DNA of 62,931 nucleotides, filler included, from Octopus bimaculoides (lineage: Eukaryota), in NCBI RefSeq assembly GCF_001194135.2. It is 4 parts of 4 records of this genome, joined end to end, with 100 filler letters (N's around TTAATTAATTAA, not from the genome) between each part and the next. Parts side by side here need not be neighbours in the genome. Positions count along the whole stretch, not along the records: positions 22,417 to 46,149 come from NC_068989.1; 3 more parts are not named here. The stretch is one strand, 5' to 3'. Below are positions 24,808-37,656 of this stretch, piece by piece. Positions within the stretch are counted from its first letter, which is position 1, and the number at the start of each line of letters is the position of its first letter. Made by a program: the position numbers and the translations under genes. Below the pieces are notes generated by a model, which was given only the letters and a program-made list of their open reading frames with translations, searched no databases and was not told the DNA's origin.

Positions 24808-25025
24808 AGTTTAATACTTAAACTGTTTTTAACATTTTCTTATTATTATCAAAGAATATATATATATATATATATATATATGTATTTTTATATATGTATT
24901 TTAATACTTTTGCGACAACCAAACTTATACAAAGCTTTACACTGTACTTTTGACAATCTTTTACTAAAAAAAGTGAAACCGGTCAAGTCAATAAGCATCT
25001 TTAAAATTGCATTTTCAAACCTTCT
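24565..25025 (+). mobile_element. AT-rich interspersed element (interrupted by (TA)n and a gap); inverted copy at 29988-30245
   Basis: GTGAAACCGGTCAAGT.AATAA.CATCTTTAAAATTGCATTTTCAAACCT and further blocks match the reverse complement of 29988-30245. Confidence 0.8.
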
Positions 25026-26197
25026 TTCATATATATGCACACACACACGCGGGCTCGCGCGCGCATGTACGTTGTGGGCCCTGCACATGATTTTAAACTG
25101 CATCCGATAGTGGGGTTCCGATTCGGGATTTCCAGGGTTGTGAAGAGCATGAAACCACCTCGTAGCCACAATTTTCCCCTGGTCTACTCTGGTCCATAAT
25201 CGCAGCACCTATCAGGGTCCCCAGGTGTGCGAACTAGCATTTGTAATGAAAATCCATCTCAGCACGAGAACGCAGATATATTCTTGGATTGACGTTCCGT
25301 CTACTTTCAGTAGAGAGAACGAAAAATGAGTTTCACCTGTGGGGATAGAACAGTGCCAACGTGTGCAGAAGTAAGCACTTAGAAGCGCACCTGTAAGTTA
25401 CAACCTTCATCAATCACCCCTCAAACCGTATAGGTCTGAAAGGGAACTGAATACTCATCTAAGAGTTCAAGGAATGTCACTGACATCGGGAAAGTACAAG
25501 GAGACGATAATCAGCTGCGGAGATGGCGCTGTAACCGTGTATGATGATGTACGAGTGCATGTAAGGAAGTCTGTTTCAATATTTGAGTCCGTCAGTGTAT
25601 GTAACTCTCGGCTTGTCTGTATATCTGCCTGTCTATCGGTCTGTATATGTGCTTGTGTGTGTATGCAAGTTCGCCTATTTGAATGCATGTATGCCTATAT
25701 TTTTGTCTGTATGTCAGTCTGTCTGCCCTATGAGCATTTATGTACGTTAACTCTCTTCTTTAATTATTTCAATTCGTCCAATAAAGAAAAGGAGCTTCTA
25801 TCTAACAAAGAACAAAAATCAATCGCTGGAATTTTACATCGTAACAACGCACACGTTGAACTTTAGAAGAATAAGAGATTACATTAATATGTGTATCTGC
25901 GTGCGTGCGTGCATGGATGTGTAGATATTTACGCTTTCATCTATATATGCGTATGAAACTCTGTATATATAAATGAGAAACATTCAATTATTCTACTCAC
26001 TACTGCAGTAAATGGAATTAAATGATTCATTCCAATAACCGGTAACGGGTATCCAACTTATTGATTTTAGGCTTTGCTTCAAGACAAGAAGTTTCTACAT
26101 TCATGCATTTCTTATATGTTTTCGTGGGTTAGTTATGTATATCTACAATTACTGCCACTCCCACTCCCTCTCTCTCTCCATCTGTCTCTCCCTCTCG

Positions 26198-26271
<74 letters not shown>

Positions 26272-26528
26272 CATACATACACACACACACATATAGGGAG
26301 AGGGAAAGTGAAAACTAGGGAAATACATAGATATATACAAGCATGAATGTTAGTGTGTATATATGTANNNNNNNNNNNNNNNNNNNNNNNNNNNNNNNNN
26401 NNNNNNNNNNNNNNNNNNNNNNNNNNNNNNNNNNNNNNNNNNNNNNNNNNNNNNNNNNNATATATATATATATATATATATATAGATAGATATATGGAAA
26501 GAAGTGTATTCCCAAGCAGGATAAATAT

Positions 26529-27808
26529 AGAATTTGCTCTGGGGTTTGAAAATATATGAGTCTGAAAATGTGAAGATATTTTTTAAATTCTGGAAAGGAT
26601 CTATTCACATACCAGACTAGTTTAGACAATTTTTTGCTAATCAATGGTACAAATATATAAATAAAGGGTTTAAGAGAGTTTAAATTTACAAGGTAAAAAT
26701 TGGACAAACATGTATCAACTTTCAAATGTTCAAATGTTCGCAGAAATCTCAATGGGTTTCACAGGGATAGCTGGCAATAGAAGTGTAAATGTTCAGTGAT
26801 CATAACAAATGTACATAATTGAAAGTTCAATCATACTGAGTTTTTATAAAGAATGTGAAGAAAAAAGAGAAAAAGATGGAGAGAAAGAAAAAGAAAAACG
26901 GTTTGTTTACAATTTCTGTCGCGGTGCGTGTAGTTTTTTTTTCAACCTTTTAGTTTTTTTTTTTCAACCTCAATCTCAGTGCATTGGCCTCTTCTCCTTC
27001 ATGGCTTATTGGAATTCGAAATGCTTTAAGCTCGAATCTTTTAGTATACATATGTTTCACAGAAAAGGATCGCATTTTTGATTGGTTATAATTCTAATGA
27101 CGTCTTATTCTTTTTCTCGAGAGTGTTTTGGTCAAATGCTTTTGTTTTGACAAAGCCTGGTGTTTTGGCTGGTTGGCTTCCTGGTTACATCTTTTCTTTG
27201 TTGGCCACGGTCAAGGAACAAGTTCTCATTGCTTGTAGGTTTCGTGATGTTACTTTATTTTGATCAAAAACATTTTCTGTCTCGGACAAAATATCTTTGC
27301 TTTGACACTTCAAACACTTCAACCCAACTCCGATTGAATATGGAAATCATGTTTATTAAAAAGTACGAACCGCAACTAAACATCCTATAATAACACACCA
27401 AACAGAGCAAACCTAATTTTTCTACGAAAAACGACCAGAGACAAAAGATATAATTCGAAACGTCTAAGTAGGAGATTACCTCAAGCATTCGAAACCCCGA
27501 CTCCAAATTATTATGCAATAACACTATACACTTTCTGAAACACCATTTGCTGACGTCATCTCAGACAAAATCAATGAAATTTTTCCCTGGTCAGGACCGG
27601 ACTCTCAGAAAAATACAAATAGTGACCTTTTATGGGAACTAAGCGAATGGAACGCTAGATGACCATGAAGCGAAAACAACTTACTGAATCCCTACCAGGA
27701 AGTCAACAAAGCAGAATTTGTTTTGGGGTTTGAAAACACCTGGAGTTAAACATGTGTAGTGTTTTTTGTAAATTTCGTAAAAGATTTATTGACACACCAA
27801 ACTAGTTT
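26529..27808 (+). mobile_element. Penelope-like element remnant: GIY-YIG C-terminus-like peptide, decayed hammerhead, diverged terminal direct repeats
   Basis: RLNMEIMFIKKYEPQLNIL* (to 27390) resembles the PLE endonuclease end E..FI....P.LN; CGAAACGTC at 27456-27464; about 95-bp direct repeats at 26529-26623 and 27713-27808. Confidence 0.55.
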
Positions 27809-28841
27809 CTACAATACGCACGCGCAACACACAAACACACACACACACACACACATACACACACACACATACATATATATCGTTTGGCATGTACTTATAA
27901 GATAGGTAACACGATATATGTTACGTTAGTCATTCCATTCTATGACAGAAACGAAGAGTATACACACATACGCACACACACGCACGCACACACACGCATA
28001 TATACAATCATTTATATGTAAGCATTTTTTATACGAATGAGATGATATGCTCGTGTACATATATATAGGTGTGCGTGTGTGTAAATATCTAACAATGAAG
28101 TGTGAAATAGACTACGGTATATTCCTGTGCTCTTTTCTACAATGTGATCTAACCTTTTTATCTAAGTACTAAACACAGATGCAATTCGTGTCCCCCGTTG
28201 TGCACAGGTGTTAGAAATCGTCTGTTTTTATGTTCAGCAATGGAACTACGCTTTCTCTCGTCTGTGAACCCGCCTTTTAGACAGCTGGATTCGCTTGTGG
28301 TAAGTAAACCTTGCTGAGAAGTTAGCAGTAGTGATATTAGGGCAAAACAATAACAACATAAAAAACAACAACAACAACAACAGGTATGACAGTAACTGCA
28401 TCAACAACAGCAGCAACTGTAGCAGCAGCAGCAGCAGCAGTAGTAGAGGTAATAGTAAAGCAAAAGTCAGAAGCAGCAGTTGTTGTACTTATTATATAAT
28501 TGTAAAGCACTGTAGCAGTTGTAGGAGAAACAGCAGCAAGTGCAGCGGCACCTGCAGCAGTAGTAGCAGTTTGGAAAGTAAGAAAGAAATATAAGGAGTA
28601 GTATCGACAACTTAATCTTTCCGGATTAATTTTAAATAGATAAATAAATGTGATTTATCCATCATGGAGATGGGGTATAGCATGGACGAGTGTCTTCTGC
28701 TAGAAATATACTCGCGCACGCACGCACATAAACGCACACATACACACGCACACGCACACGTACACACACACGCATATCATATATATTATAGTGCCGGGCC
28801 GACCAATGCCTTTGGTCGGAAACTGCGTGGAAACCCGTCAT

Positions 28842-28874
<33 letters not shown>

Positions 28875-29459
28875 CACACACGCACACACACACGCACACA
28901 CATACATATGCATAAATGCAAGCCTTCACGCACATACACACACACGCACACACACACATACACGCACATACACGCACTTACACACACTATGTGTGTGTGT
29001 GTGTGTGGGTGTCTGTTCTGCTTGTTTCCTGATTCCGTTCGACAAACGGTATTAGTTTATTTACGTTCCCGAAACTTAGTGATTCGGCATAAGAGACCAT
29101 AGAGTAAGCACCAAACGCAAAAGCAATCTAGCACAATGGTTTCGTTTGTTCAAGTAATATCCTTGAAAGCGAAGCTACAGCATGGCCGCAGTCTAATGGT
29201 TGAAACAAGTAAAAAACAAAGAAGAAAAGAAAAGGCTTCAGATCAAAACCTCCACGAGATTACGCGGTCGTTCGGACTGCAAGAAACAACAGCCATATCA
29301 TTCTCTACTTAAAATCTCTAGGTTTACTGAACTTAAGCAAACGAGGAAGTGGTCAATTCTCTCACAGATTTGACCTAGGTTTAAAAAACAACGAAAATGA
29401 CAACGACGCTCAGGTTTTATCGTCCATTTGTTATTGTTTCCGTCATTAGATTGGAGAAC

Positions 29460-29780
29460 CTCCTTCAAGGGTTTTAATCGAACAAATTGTCCCCAGTACT
29501 TATTTTTCATTCCGTAGGTTGGCACTTATTCCATCGGTTATTTTGCCGAACTGCTAGGCTACAGGACCGCAAACGAACCAACATCTACAGTTAAGCGGTG
29601 ATGGGGGACAAACACAGACAGACACACACACACGCACACATATATATACGATAGTCTTCTTTCAGTTTCCGTCTACCAAATCCACTCACAAGGCTTTTGT
29701 CGGACCGAGGCTATAGTAGAAGACCCTTGCCCAAGCTGCTACACAATGGGAGTGGTTTTCGAAACAAGCTTCTTATCACA
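29460..29780 (-). mobile_element. SINE family B (diverged)
   Basis: CTTTCAGTTTCCGTCTACCAAATCCACTCACAAGGC. Confidence 0.8.
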
Positions 29781-29987
29781 CAGCGATGTCTGCATCTATG
29801 ATTATATATANNNNNNNNNNNNNNNNNNNNNNNNNNNNNNNNNNNNNNNNNNNNNNNNNNNNNNNNNNNNNNNNNNNNNNNNNNNNNNNNNNNNNNNNNN
29901 NNNNNNNNNNNNNNNNNNNNNNNNNNNNNNNNNNNNNNNNNNNNNNNNNNNNNNNNNNNNNNNNNNNNNNNNNNNNNNNNNNNNNNA

Positions 29988-30245
29988 GGTTTGAAAATGC
30001 AATTTTAAAGATGTTTATTCACTTGACCGGTTTCACTTTTTTAGAAAAAGATTGTCGAAAGTAAAATGTAAAACTTTATATAAGCTTTTTTTTGTTAAGT
30101 ACTAGTTGTCACAAATGTATTAAAATACATATATACATTCTTTGATAATAATAAAAAGAATATGTTTAAAACAGTTTAAAAGAGATTATTCAACAAAAAG
30201 TATTTGGTAGTATACATATACTCAAAAGGAGATATATTTAATAAT
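29988..30245 (-). mobile_element. Inverted copy of the 24565-25025 element
   Basis: Colinear reverse-complement match. Confidence 0.8.
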
Positions 30246-30470
30246 TTACAAAAAATTGGATAGAAACTGACCCGTCTTTTTAAGTTATTTTCTCTTTTGT
30301 GTGTAGCTAGGGAATATTTGCTATTTTAAGTGACAGTGTGGGAGGCTGGTTGGGGTGGGGGAAGGAAGAGCAATGTAGAATTAAAAGGGATTTTTGTTTC
30401 TGGGCTAGTCTGTCATGATTGAGTGGTTTTTGGGACTGGTCTTAGAGGTCAGAATGTCTTTGTGCATGTC

Positions 30471-30506
<36 letters not shown>

Positions 30507-31419
30507 CATATGTATATATGTGCGCGCGCGTGTGTGACCAGCCTTTACACAGTTTCCGTGTAACAAATTCACTTGTAAGGCTTTGGTAGAAGATACTTGC
30601 CCAAATTGCTGCGCAGCTGGACTAAACTCGAGACCACGTGGTTGTAAAGCGATCTACTTAAAATCACAGCCGTGCTAAAGCCTATATGATCAATCACAAA
30701 AGCAATTCTACGTCGCCGCTGTAATTGCTGTAAAAAGCAGCGAAATTTGCCTCACACTACAACTTCCACCATCTTGGCAACTGACGTACTGCATAATGCT
30801 CTCCTAGGGTCCTTCAATTTAAGTATAACACAACTAATAGCTACTTGCGTCACATGTATATATTTTGGTATTTATAAAACCTTGTAATTCTGATTTGATG
30901 CTTAACTTTACCGGTTTTCGTAAATACCTACGTACCCAAGTCGAAACATACTCAAACATTTGCGTACGCAATCGATCACACACTAAAGTTATACAGAATA
31001 AGATATGAGTTAGATGGAGGAAGTGTCGAATTTACATTTGGGAAGGGCTCCAAGACTGTATTTTCTGGAGTTAGTTTCGAGAAACACCAGGGTACAGAGA
31101 AAAATCTCCAGGTCTGTGGATGATGAAGTGTCGTTGAATGAAGAATTTAGAGTTAAGCAGGTTCTAAGACTATATTTCTTAGAGCTGGTTTTCAGGAACA
31201 CAAGTATTTCGTAAGAAATCATGTCTTTGCGTGGAGTCTTTAAATACAAACATTAGACTTAGTAGGATTTTAGCCCGTATTTCATTGAATTAGAGCAAGG
31301 TCATGTGAAAAATGTGTAGCTCTTTGTGAAATGAAGTTTCATTAAATAAAACTTACTAAAAGTTTACTTAATTAAATAAAAAATGACGAGCAATATTTTC
31401 CAAATGATATCTTAACTGG

Positions 31420-31705
31420 CACTCTGCCCGTTAAGATGAGGAGCGTTTCCGTTGTCTGATCGTGAAATTAACGTGCAAGTGACCGAGTACTCCACAAACA
31501 CACGTACCTTTGATGTAGTTGTCAGTGTGATACAGCGTGACACAAAATGTGATAAAGCTGGCCCTTTTAAATTACAGGTACTACGCATTATGGCAGCTGA
31601 GTGGATTGGAACAACGTGAAATAAAATGTTTGGCCGGATATCGAACTCACAACTTTACGATCTTGAGTCGGATACCCTAACCGCAAAGCCATGTGCCTTC
31701 ACATA
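31420..31705 (-). mobile_element. SINE family C (diverged)
   Basis: GTGAAATTAACGTGCAAGTG..., head GGATACCCTAACCGCAAAGCCATGTGCC. Confidence 0.8.
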
Positions 31706-33922
31706 CCTTTTATTTTTGTATAAGAACAAATTTTATCTTTAATACAATTGCTTCATTTAATAATTTGTTATAATTAGGAATGTTCTTTTCTCTTAAACAT
31801 GGGAATGGGTAGCTTGAACTTTTGAAAATCGTGCTAGAGTTTTGTTACAAAATAGGTTTCGAGATCATGCTATTAGTTTGGCGACTCCTACTTAAAAATT
31901 ACATTGGTAAGTATCACAAAAAGCGAAAACATGCCTTGAAACTATTTTTCGGGTCCATGAGGTTTGTGAGGTCCTAAGCTGTAGATTGTTAGCTTATACC
32001 TAAATCCAACATTGTATAGGTGGTAGTGGTGGTGGTGTTACCCTTTTCTATCGGATGTGTTTCCCCTTTCTTCATTTTGTGACTTTGTGTGAAAAATGTG
32101 AGAAATCAATATAACATTTATCACTATTCCATAAAACTGCTTCAATCAACAACAAAAGCTGTCACAACAACAACAAACAAACAAACAATAGTGCGATATA
32201 AGCAGCAGTAGCACTAGCAGTAACAGCAGCTCAGCAGAAGCAGCAACATCTCACCTTCTCAAATTACGGAGAAGAGTGAAAACCGAAACAAAAACAAAAA
32301 CAAAAGAAGAGGAAGAAAGAGAAGAAAAAATCCTGCAGTAATAGCAATCCTTCCTTTATGTTATAATGAGTAAGATGAAGGGAAGCGAAGCAGTTCACGG
32401 CTGCAGGCTTTTTGAACATGTTATCATTTATTTGTATCAATGACACAATGAAAGAATGGAAAGAAAAGTTGACTCATGAAATTTGAAGCGAGAACGTAAA
32501 AGATCGTGAACTAAATACACACATTTTCGCCATTTTGCTCTACCAGTTTACCATTTGCATTAGTATGTATTCATTGACAAGTGTTTCACTGTAGAAATCG
32601 CCAATGTTGTCGTTTAGTTTTGGGTTAATCCAGGATAGCGAAGGATAAGAACTACCAAATACCTTTTATTTTCAGATATATTCAGTCTAGATTTTACACT
32701 ATCCATTTTATTTTTCTTCTAGTCGGCAGGATGTGATTTCAAAGAGAATTTCGCTGCTGTTTTCTAGGAGGCTGAGTGACCGTGCAGCGGCTTCTGTATT
32801 TGGTTCGAGTGTTTAGTTACAGTGTAGTGTACATTGGAGTAGCATAATTAAATGCACAAGGGTGCACGATTATCGAATAAGATGTTAGCTTTGCAACCCG
32901 AGCACCGAGTGTGATTCCGTTGAGTGAAATCACAGACAAGAGTTTTTATTCCAGTCACAATGTTGCCTAACCCTTTTGAGTGAAACTGTGTTGACGGTAA
33001 CTTGGTAGAAGGCTGTCGTATGAATTGTGTACGTAACACAAAAATCCAGGCTTGTTACACATGGTTGATTCTGTTTGAGAATTGTATTAAGTGTACGCGT
33101 GTCTGCTGAATGCTAAGCCACTTAATTAAATGAGCAAGTATTTCAGTCGATCGAACAATAAATTACAAATCGCAGAAAGCGACGGAGATCCAGTTAATAA
33201 TAATTTATGAGCATTATTGTTTTTTATGGTGTTCAGGAAGTTTAAATCTTTCGGCAGGCCAACATAATTCTAGGAAGAAGAGATGTAACAAGAATAAAAA
33301 CAACAACAACAATATCAAAAGGAGCAATGTTCGTAACATTAGCCTGGCAATGTTCCTAGATCAATCTGTTGAAAGATGCAACGCCTAAACTTCTACAAAA
33401 GGAACTAAGTAAACTGCTCATACAAAAGCATTGATATAGTGTAATCAGGTGCTTCGGCGGTGACGAAAAGGGTGTGGTACTATCATCGAAAAGGTTAACA
33501 ATTCATATCTTGCCAATCGGCGCTGAACTCTCTCCATGGCCAAGACATTAAAATCTTATTTATGACGCAGGTTGTTTACTTAGCTGAAAATAGCATTAAT
33601 AAAACGGTACTGCATACTATTTTCGAAAGTAGAAGTTGCACCGTGGAATTAACAACGGTTTCGTTAACCTATTCCTTAGAGTTCGCTTCCATTTTGTGCT
33701 TCTCGTTAAGTGTTTTTTGTCTTCGAGACATAAAATACGATGTAGTTAAAGTCAAAGAAGTTAGATAGATGTTGCAAGTAACGGAAACAACCATTATTAT
33801 TTTATTTCTTTAAACGTTCTGCAAAAGTACAATACCCTAAAAACCCAATATGTTAAATGTCAGGGACGTATTGCGGTGAAGTACTTATGGCAGGTAGTAG
33901 TCATTGTGAAAGTATATAGTAA

Positions 33923-34120
33923 AGGCGGTGAGCTGACAGAATCGTTAGCACGCCGGACAAATTGCTTAGCGGTATTTCGTCCGTCTTTACGATCTTAGTT
34001 TAAATTCATCTGAGGTCGACTTTGCCTTTTAAACTTTCGGGGTCGATGAGATAAGTACCTGTTAAACACTAGGGTTGATGTAGTTGACTAGCCCTCCTCA
34101 TGCCTATAGTAGAAAGGATG
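33923..34120 (+). mobile_element. SINE family A
   Basis: GGCGGTGAGCTGACAGAATCGTTAGCACGCCGG head. Confidence 0.85.
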
Positions 34121-34207
34121 TATAGTTAACGAAATCAACAGAAATCAACAACAAAAAGAAAACTAAAGTATTTTGACATCAATGATAAAATTACTTACAA
34201 ACACAAA

Positions 34208-34380
34208 GGCGTAGGAGTGGCTGTGTAGTAAGTAGCTTGCTAACGAACCACATAGTTCCGGGTTCAGTCCTACTGCGTGGCACTTTGGGCAAGTGTCTTC
34301 TACTATAGTCTCGGGCCGACCAAAGCCTTGTAAGTGGATTTAGTAGACGGAAACTGAAAGAAGCTCGTCATATATATATG

Positions 34381-34421
<41 letters not shown>

Positions 34422-34645
34422 ATGTGTGTATATGTTTGTGTGTCTGTGTTTGTCTCCCGAACATCGCTTGACAACCGATGCTGGTGTGTTTACATACCCG
34501 TAACTTAGCGGTTCGGCAAAAGAGATCGAGAGAATAAGTACTAGGCATACAAAGAATAAGTCCTGGAGTCGATTTTCTCGACTAAAGGCGGTGCTCCTGC
34601 ATGGCTACAGTCAAATGACTGAAGCAAGTAAAAGAGTAAAAGAGA
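34208..34645 (+). mobile_element. SINE family B, full length
   Basis: Head, central (TA)n(TG)n and 3' half all present. Confidence 0.9.
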
Positions 34646-34699
34646 CATACAAGCACACATTCCTACACACAGATACACACATACAATACATATATATTT

Positions 34700-35055
34700 A
34701 TACAATTCTCTCTTTACACTGTTTTCCTAATTTACTTGAGATGTTCATGGATAGTTGAACATAGCATATAAAATTATGGGGCAAATCTCTGGTGTCCTGG
34801 GGTGGATCCAATACAATAATTTTATTCAAAAGGTCATCGTTGGGAGTGGGTGGTCTCCCAGACGGAGGCTTGTTAGATATTCCACAATCGCCATCTTTAA
34901 AACTTTTGAACTCACAGCTGACATGTACGAGCTTTCACTGCATCAGGAATCACTTCACAAATGTTTATCAATGCTTCTGTAGCGGTACTTTCCTTTCGAA
35001 ATTCATACAGGAAGCAATGACGAATATGTTGTTTCATAAAGTTCTTATTCTCCAT
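34700..35055 (-). mobile_element. Mariner transposase N-terminal HTH fragment (pseudogene)
   Basis: KQHIRHCFLYEFRKESTATEALINICEVIPDAVKARTCQ, then after a frameshift QKFKDGDCGISNKPPSGRP, resembling mariner HTH and the SGRP linker. Confidence 0.8.
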
Positions 35056-35191
35056 GGGGTTAATTACAGAAATAACTATGAATGACGCACTGCCGGATAG
35101 AAGAGATGATATACTAATTCTAGATAGCTCCTGCTCGTTCGACATTGGCTCTAACGTGATTTGTTGATTCATAGTTCATAATGGTGAATAT

Positions 35192-35670
35192 ACAGGGTGC
35201 GGATAATAAACTGTCATCTAAATTACGCAAAGCTGAATGTAATACTGACACCTCATTTTAACAGATAATTTTTACCAAAATTACATTAAAATATCGTTAA
35301 ATACTAAAGAGTAAATTTATTCAACAAAATCGCCATTGGTTTCAACCACGGCCTTCAGACGACTTCGGAATCTCCTGTATCTCTTCTGGACAATCTTCTG
35401 GTTTAAGTTGGTGAACGCTGCCATAATCCCTGCCTTCAATTCATCTTTGTTGTTACAAGGAGTTTTGTTGGTCTCTCGTTCAACTGCACCCCACACATAA
35501 TAATCAATGGGGTCGAAGTCTGGGGAGTTAGGTGGCCAGATGTTAGGAGTGATGTGGTCACCGAAATTGTCTGACAGCCATGACTGGGTTCTCCAGTTTG
35601 TGTGACATGGTGCAGAGTCTTGTTGCCAGACATAGGGTCTGCCATCAGCCACCTTCTTGACTCAGGGCAG
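35192..35670 (-). mobile_element. DD37D (maT-type) Tc1/mariner 3' fragment with TIR
   Basis: QQDSAPCH...WPPNSPDFDPIDYYVWG with 37 residues between the 2nd and 3rd catalytic Asp; end TA-CAGGGTG at about 35190. Confidence 0.9.
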
Positions 35671-35764
35671 CACAAAAGGAAAAGAAAGCTATAGTTCATT
35701 CAAAACTTGAAATTATTTTTAAAAATCCAAAAATATAACGTAGATTATGATTGGAGATAACAAT

Positions 35765-35835
35765 TCACTCAAAGTAGCTGCAGTTTGCGTCCACTATGGC
35801 CTCAAAACGGCTCTGGAACACGACGCATGAATCAA
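35765..35835 (-). mobile_element. Short Tc1/mariner transposase C-terminal remnant
   Basis: ...FQSRFEAIVDANCSYFE* resembles the R.EA.....G.YFE terminus. Confidence 0.55.
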
Positions 35836-35844
35836 TGTCCCTGC

Positions 35845-36150
35845 AAGCCTAGTACTTATTCTATCGGTCTCTTTTTTCAGAACCGCTATGTTATGGGGAT
35901 GTAAACACACCAGCATCGGTTGTCAAGTGATAGTGGGGGACAAACACACATACACAAACATATGCACACACATACATATATACATATACGACGGGCTTCT
36001 TCCAGTTTCCGTCCACCAAACCCACTCACAAGGATTTGGTCGGCCCAAAGCTATAGGAGAAGACACTTACCTAAGGTCCCACGCAGTGGGACTGAACCCA
36101 GGAACATGTGGCTCGTAAGCAAGCTACTTACCACACAGCCACTCCTGCGC
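35845..36150 (-). mobile_element. SINE family B
   Basis: Reverse complement of 34208-34645. Confidence 0.9.
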
Positions 36151-37201
36151 TTGTTTCTTTTTTTTTTCCAGGAACCAACCCATTAGCAACTGTTTGAATG
36201 AAATAATAACTACAATAGTATCGAAGAATTCGGTGAAGCTTGCAAGACCAAGGCCGCATACTTTTATCAAGTATGGCTTTTCTTATTGTGGATAAATTTC
36301 GGTATTAATATTTCTGCATTCTGTAGAAATTTCTGTATAATTTCTTGTATTAATTATATTTGTATTAATTACGCGCACATGCCAGTCTCATTAGAGCGCA
36401 AGGCGCATACTCAATGCACAATCGAAGGTATAGTATTTCGTTTACATTAGTTATTCTAATAACCTTTTGATAAATATACGATTATTATACTTTCCCAATT
36501 TTTTCTCTCTTCAGGCATTGAGATTTTGTATGAACAAAAAAATTAAACCAAACCAATATTTTCTTTTTAACGTTAAATCATTCACTTCGTTTCTATTGTA
36601 ATCAGGGAAAAATGCAGGAAAAGAAAAGACACACCAAGCAAGTTATTTTAAAAGATGAAAATGAAAAAGAAAAAAAAACGAGAAAAATATTACAAATTAG
36701 AAGTAAAAGCGGGGAAGAAGGCAGAAAAAGAAAATATTGATGCAACAGACGTAAAAATAATCGTATTTACGGAGCTGCTGCAGTTAGTGGAGTTGTTGAT
36801 AATGATGATGATGAGGAGGATGAGGATGAGGATGAGGATGAGGAGGAAGAGGAGGAGGAGGAGGAGGAGGAGGAGGAGGAAGCGGAAGAGGAGGAGATAG
36901 ATGGCAGCGACGACAATGACGATGGAGACGATGACGATAATAATGATGATGGTGATTGTGGTTGAATGAACATGAAGCTGATGGTGATGATGATGGTGGT
37001 AGTGTTTGGATAAGGATGATGATGATGATGAGATGATGATGATGATGATGATGATGAGAGTGGTGGTGGCGGCAGTGGTTTTGACGGCGGTGGTGGTGAT
37101 TGTATTGGTGATGAGTAAGATAGTGCAAGTGATTGTGGTGGCAAATGTAAGGAGATGATGATGACGTTGATTCGGATGCCGATGCTGATTCTGATTATGT
37201 A

Positions 37202-37242
<41 letters not shown>

Positions 37243-37496
37243 GAGGAAACAAGAAGACAGAAAAAGGTGAATGATAAAAAAAAAAAGGAAACGAAGAAAA
37301 AAAGACAGAGAAGTAAACAGGAAGAAGTCGAAAAAACAAACAAAAAGAAAAACACACACACACACACACAAAGAAAAAGTAAGAAACGAAAGTTGTAGAA
37401 AGAAAATAATTACAAAATATATATTAAAAAATAGATTAATAATAATGATACCAAGAATAACAATAACAACAACAGAAGCACTAATAATAATAACAA

Positions 37497-37546
<50 letters not shown>

Positions 37547-37602
37547 GTGATGATGATGATGATGATGACGACGACAACGACGACGACGACGATGATGATG
37601 AC

Positions 37603-37656
<54 letters not shown>

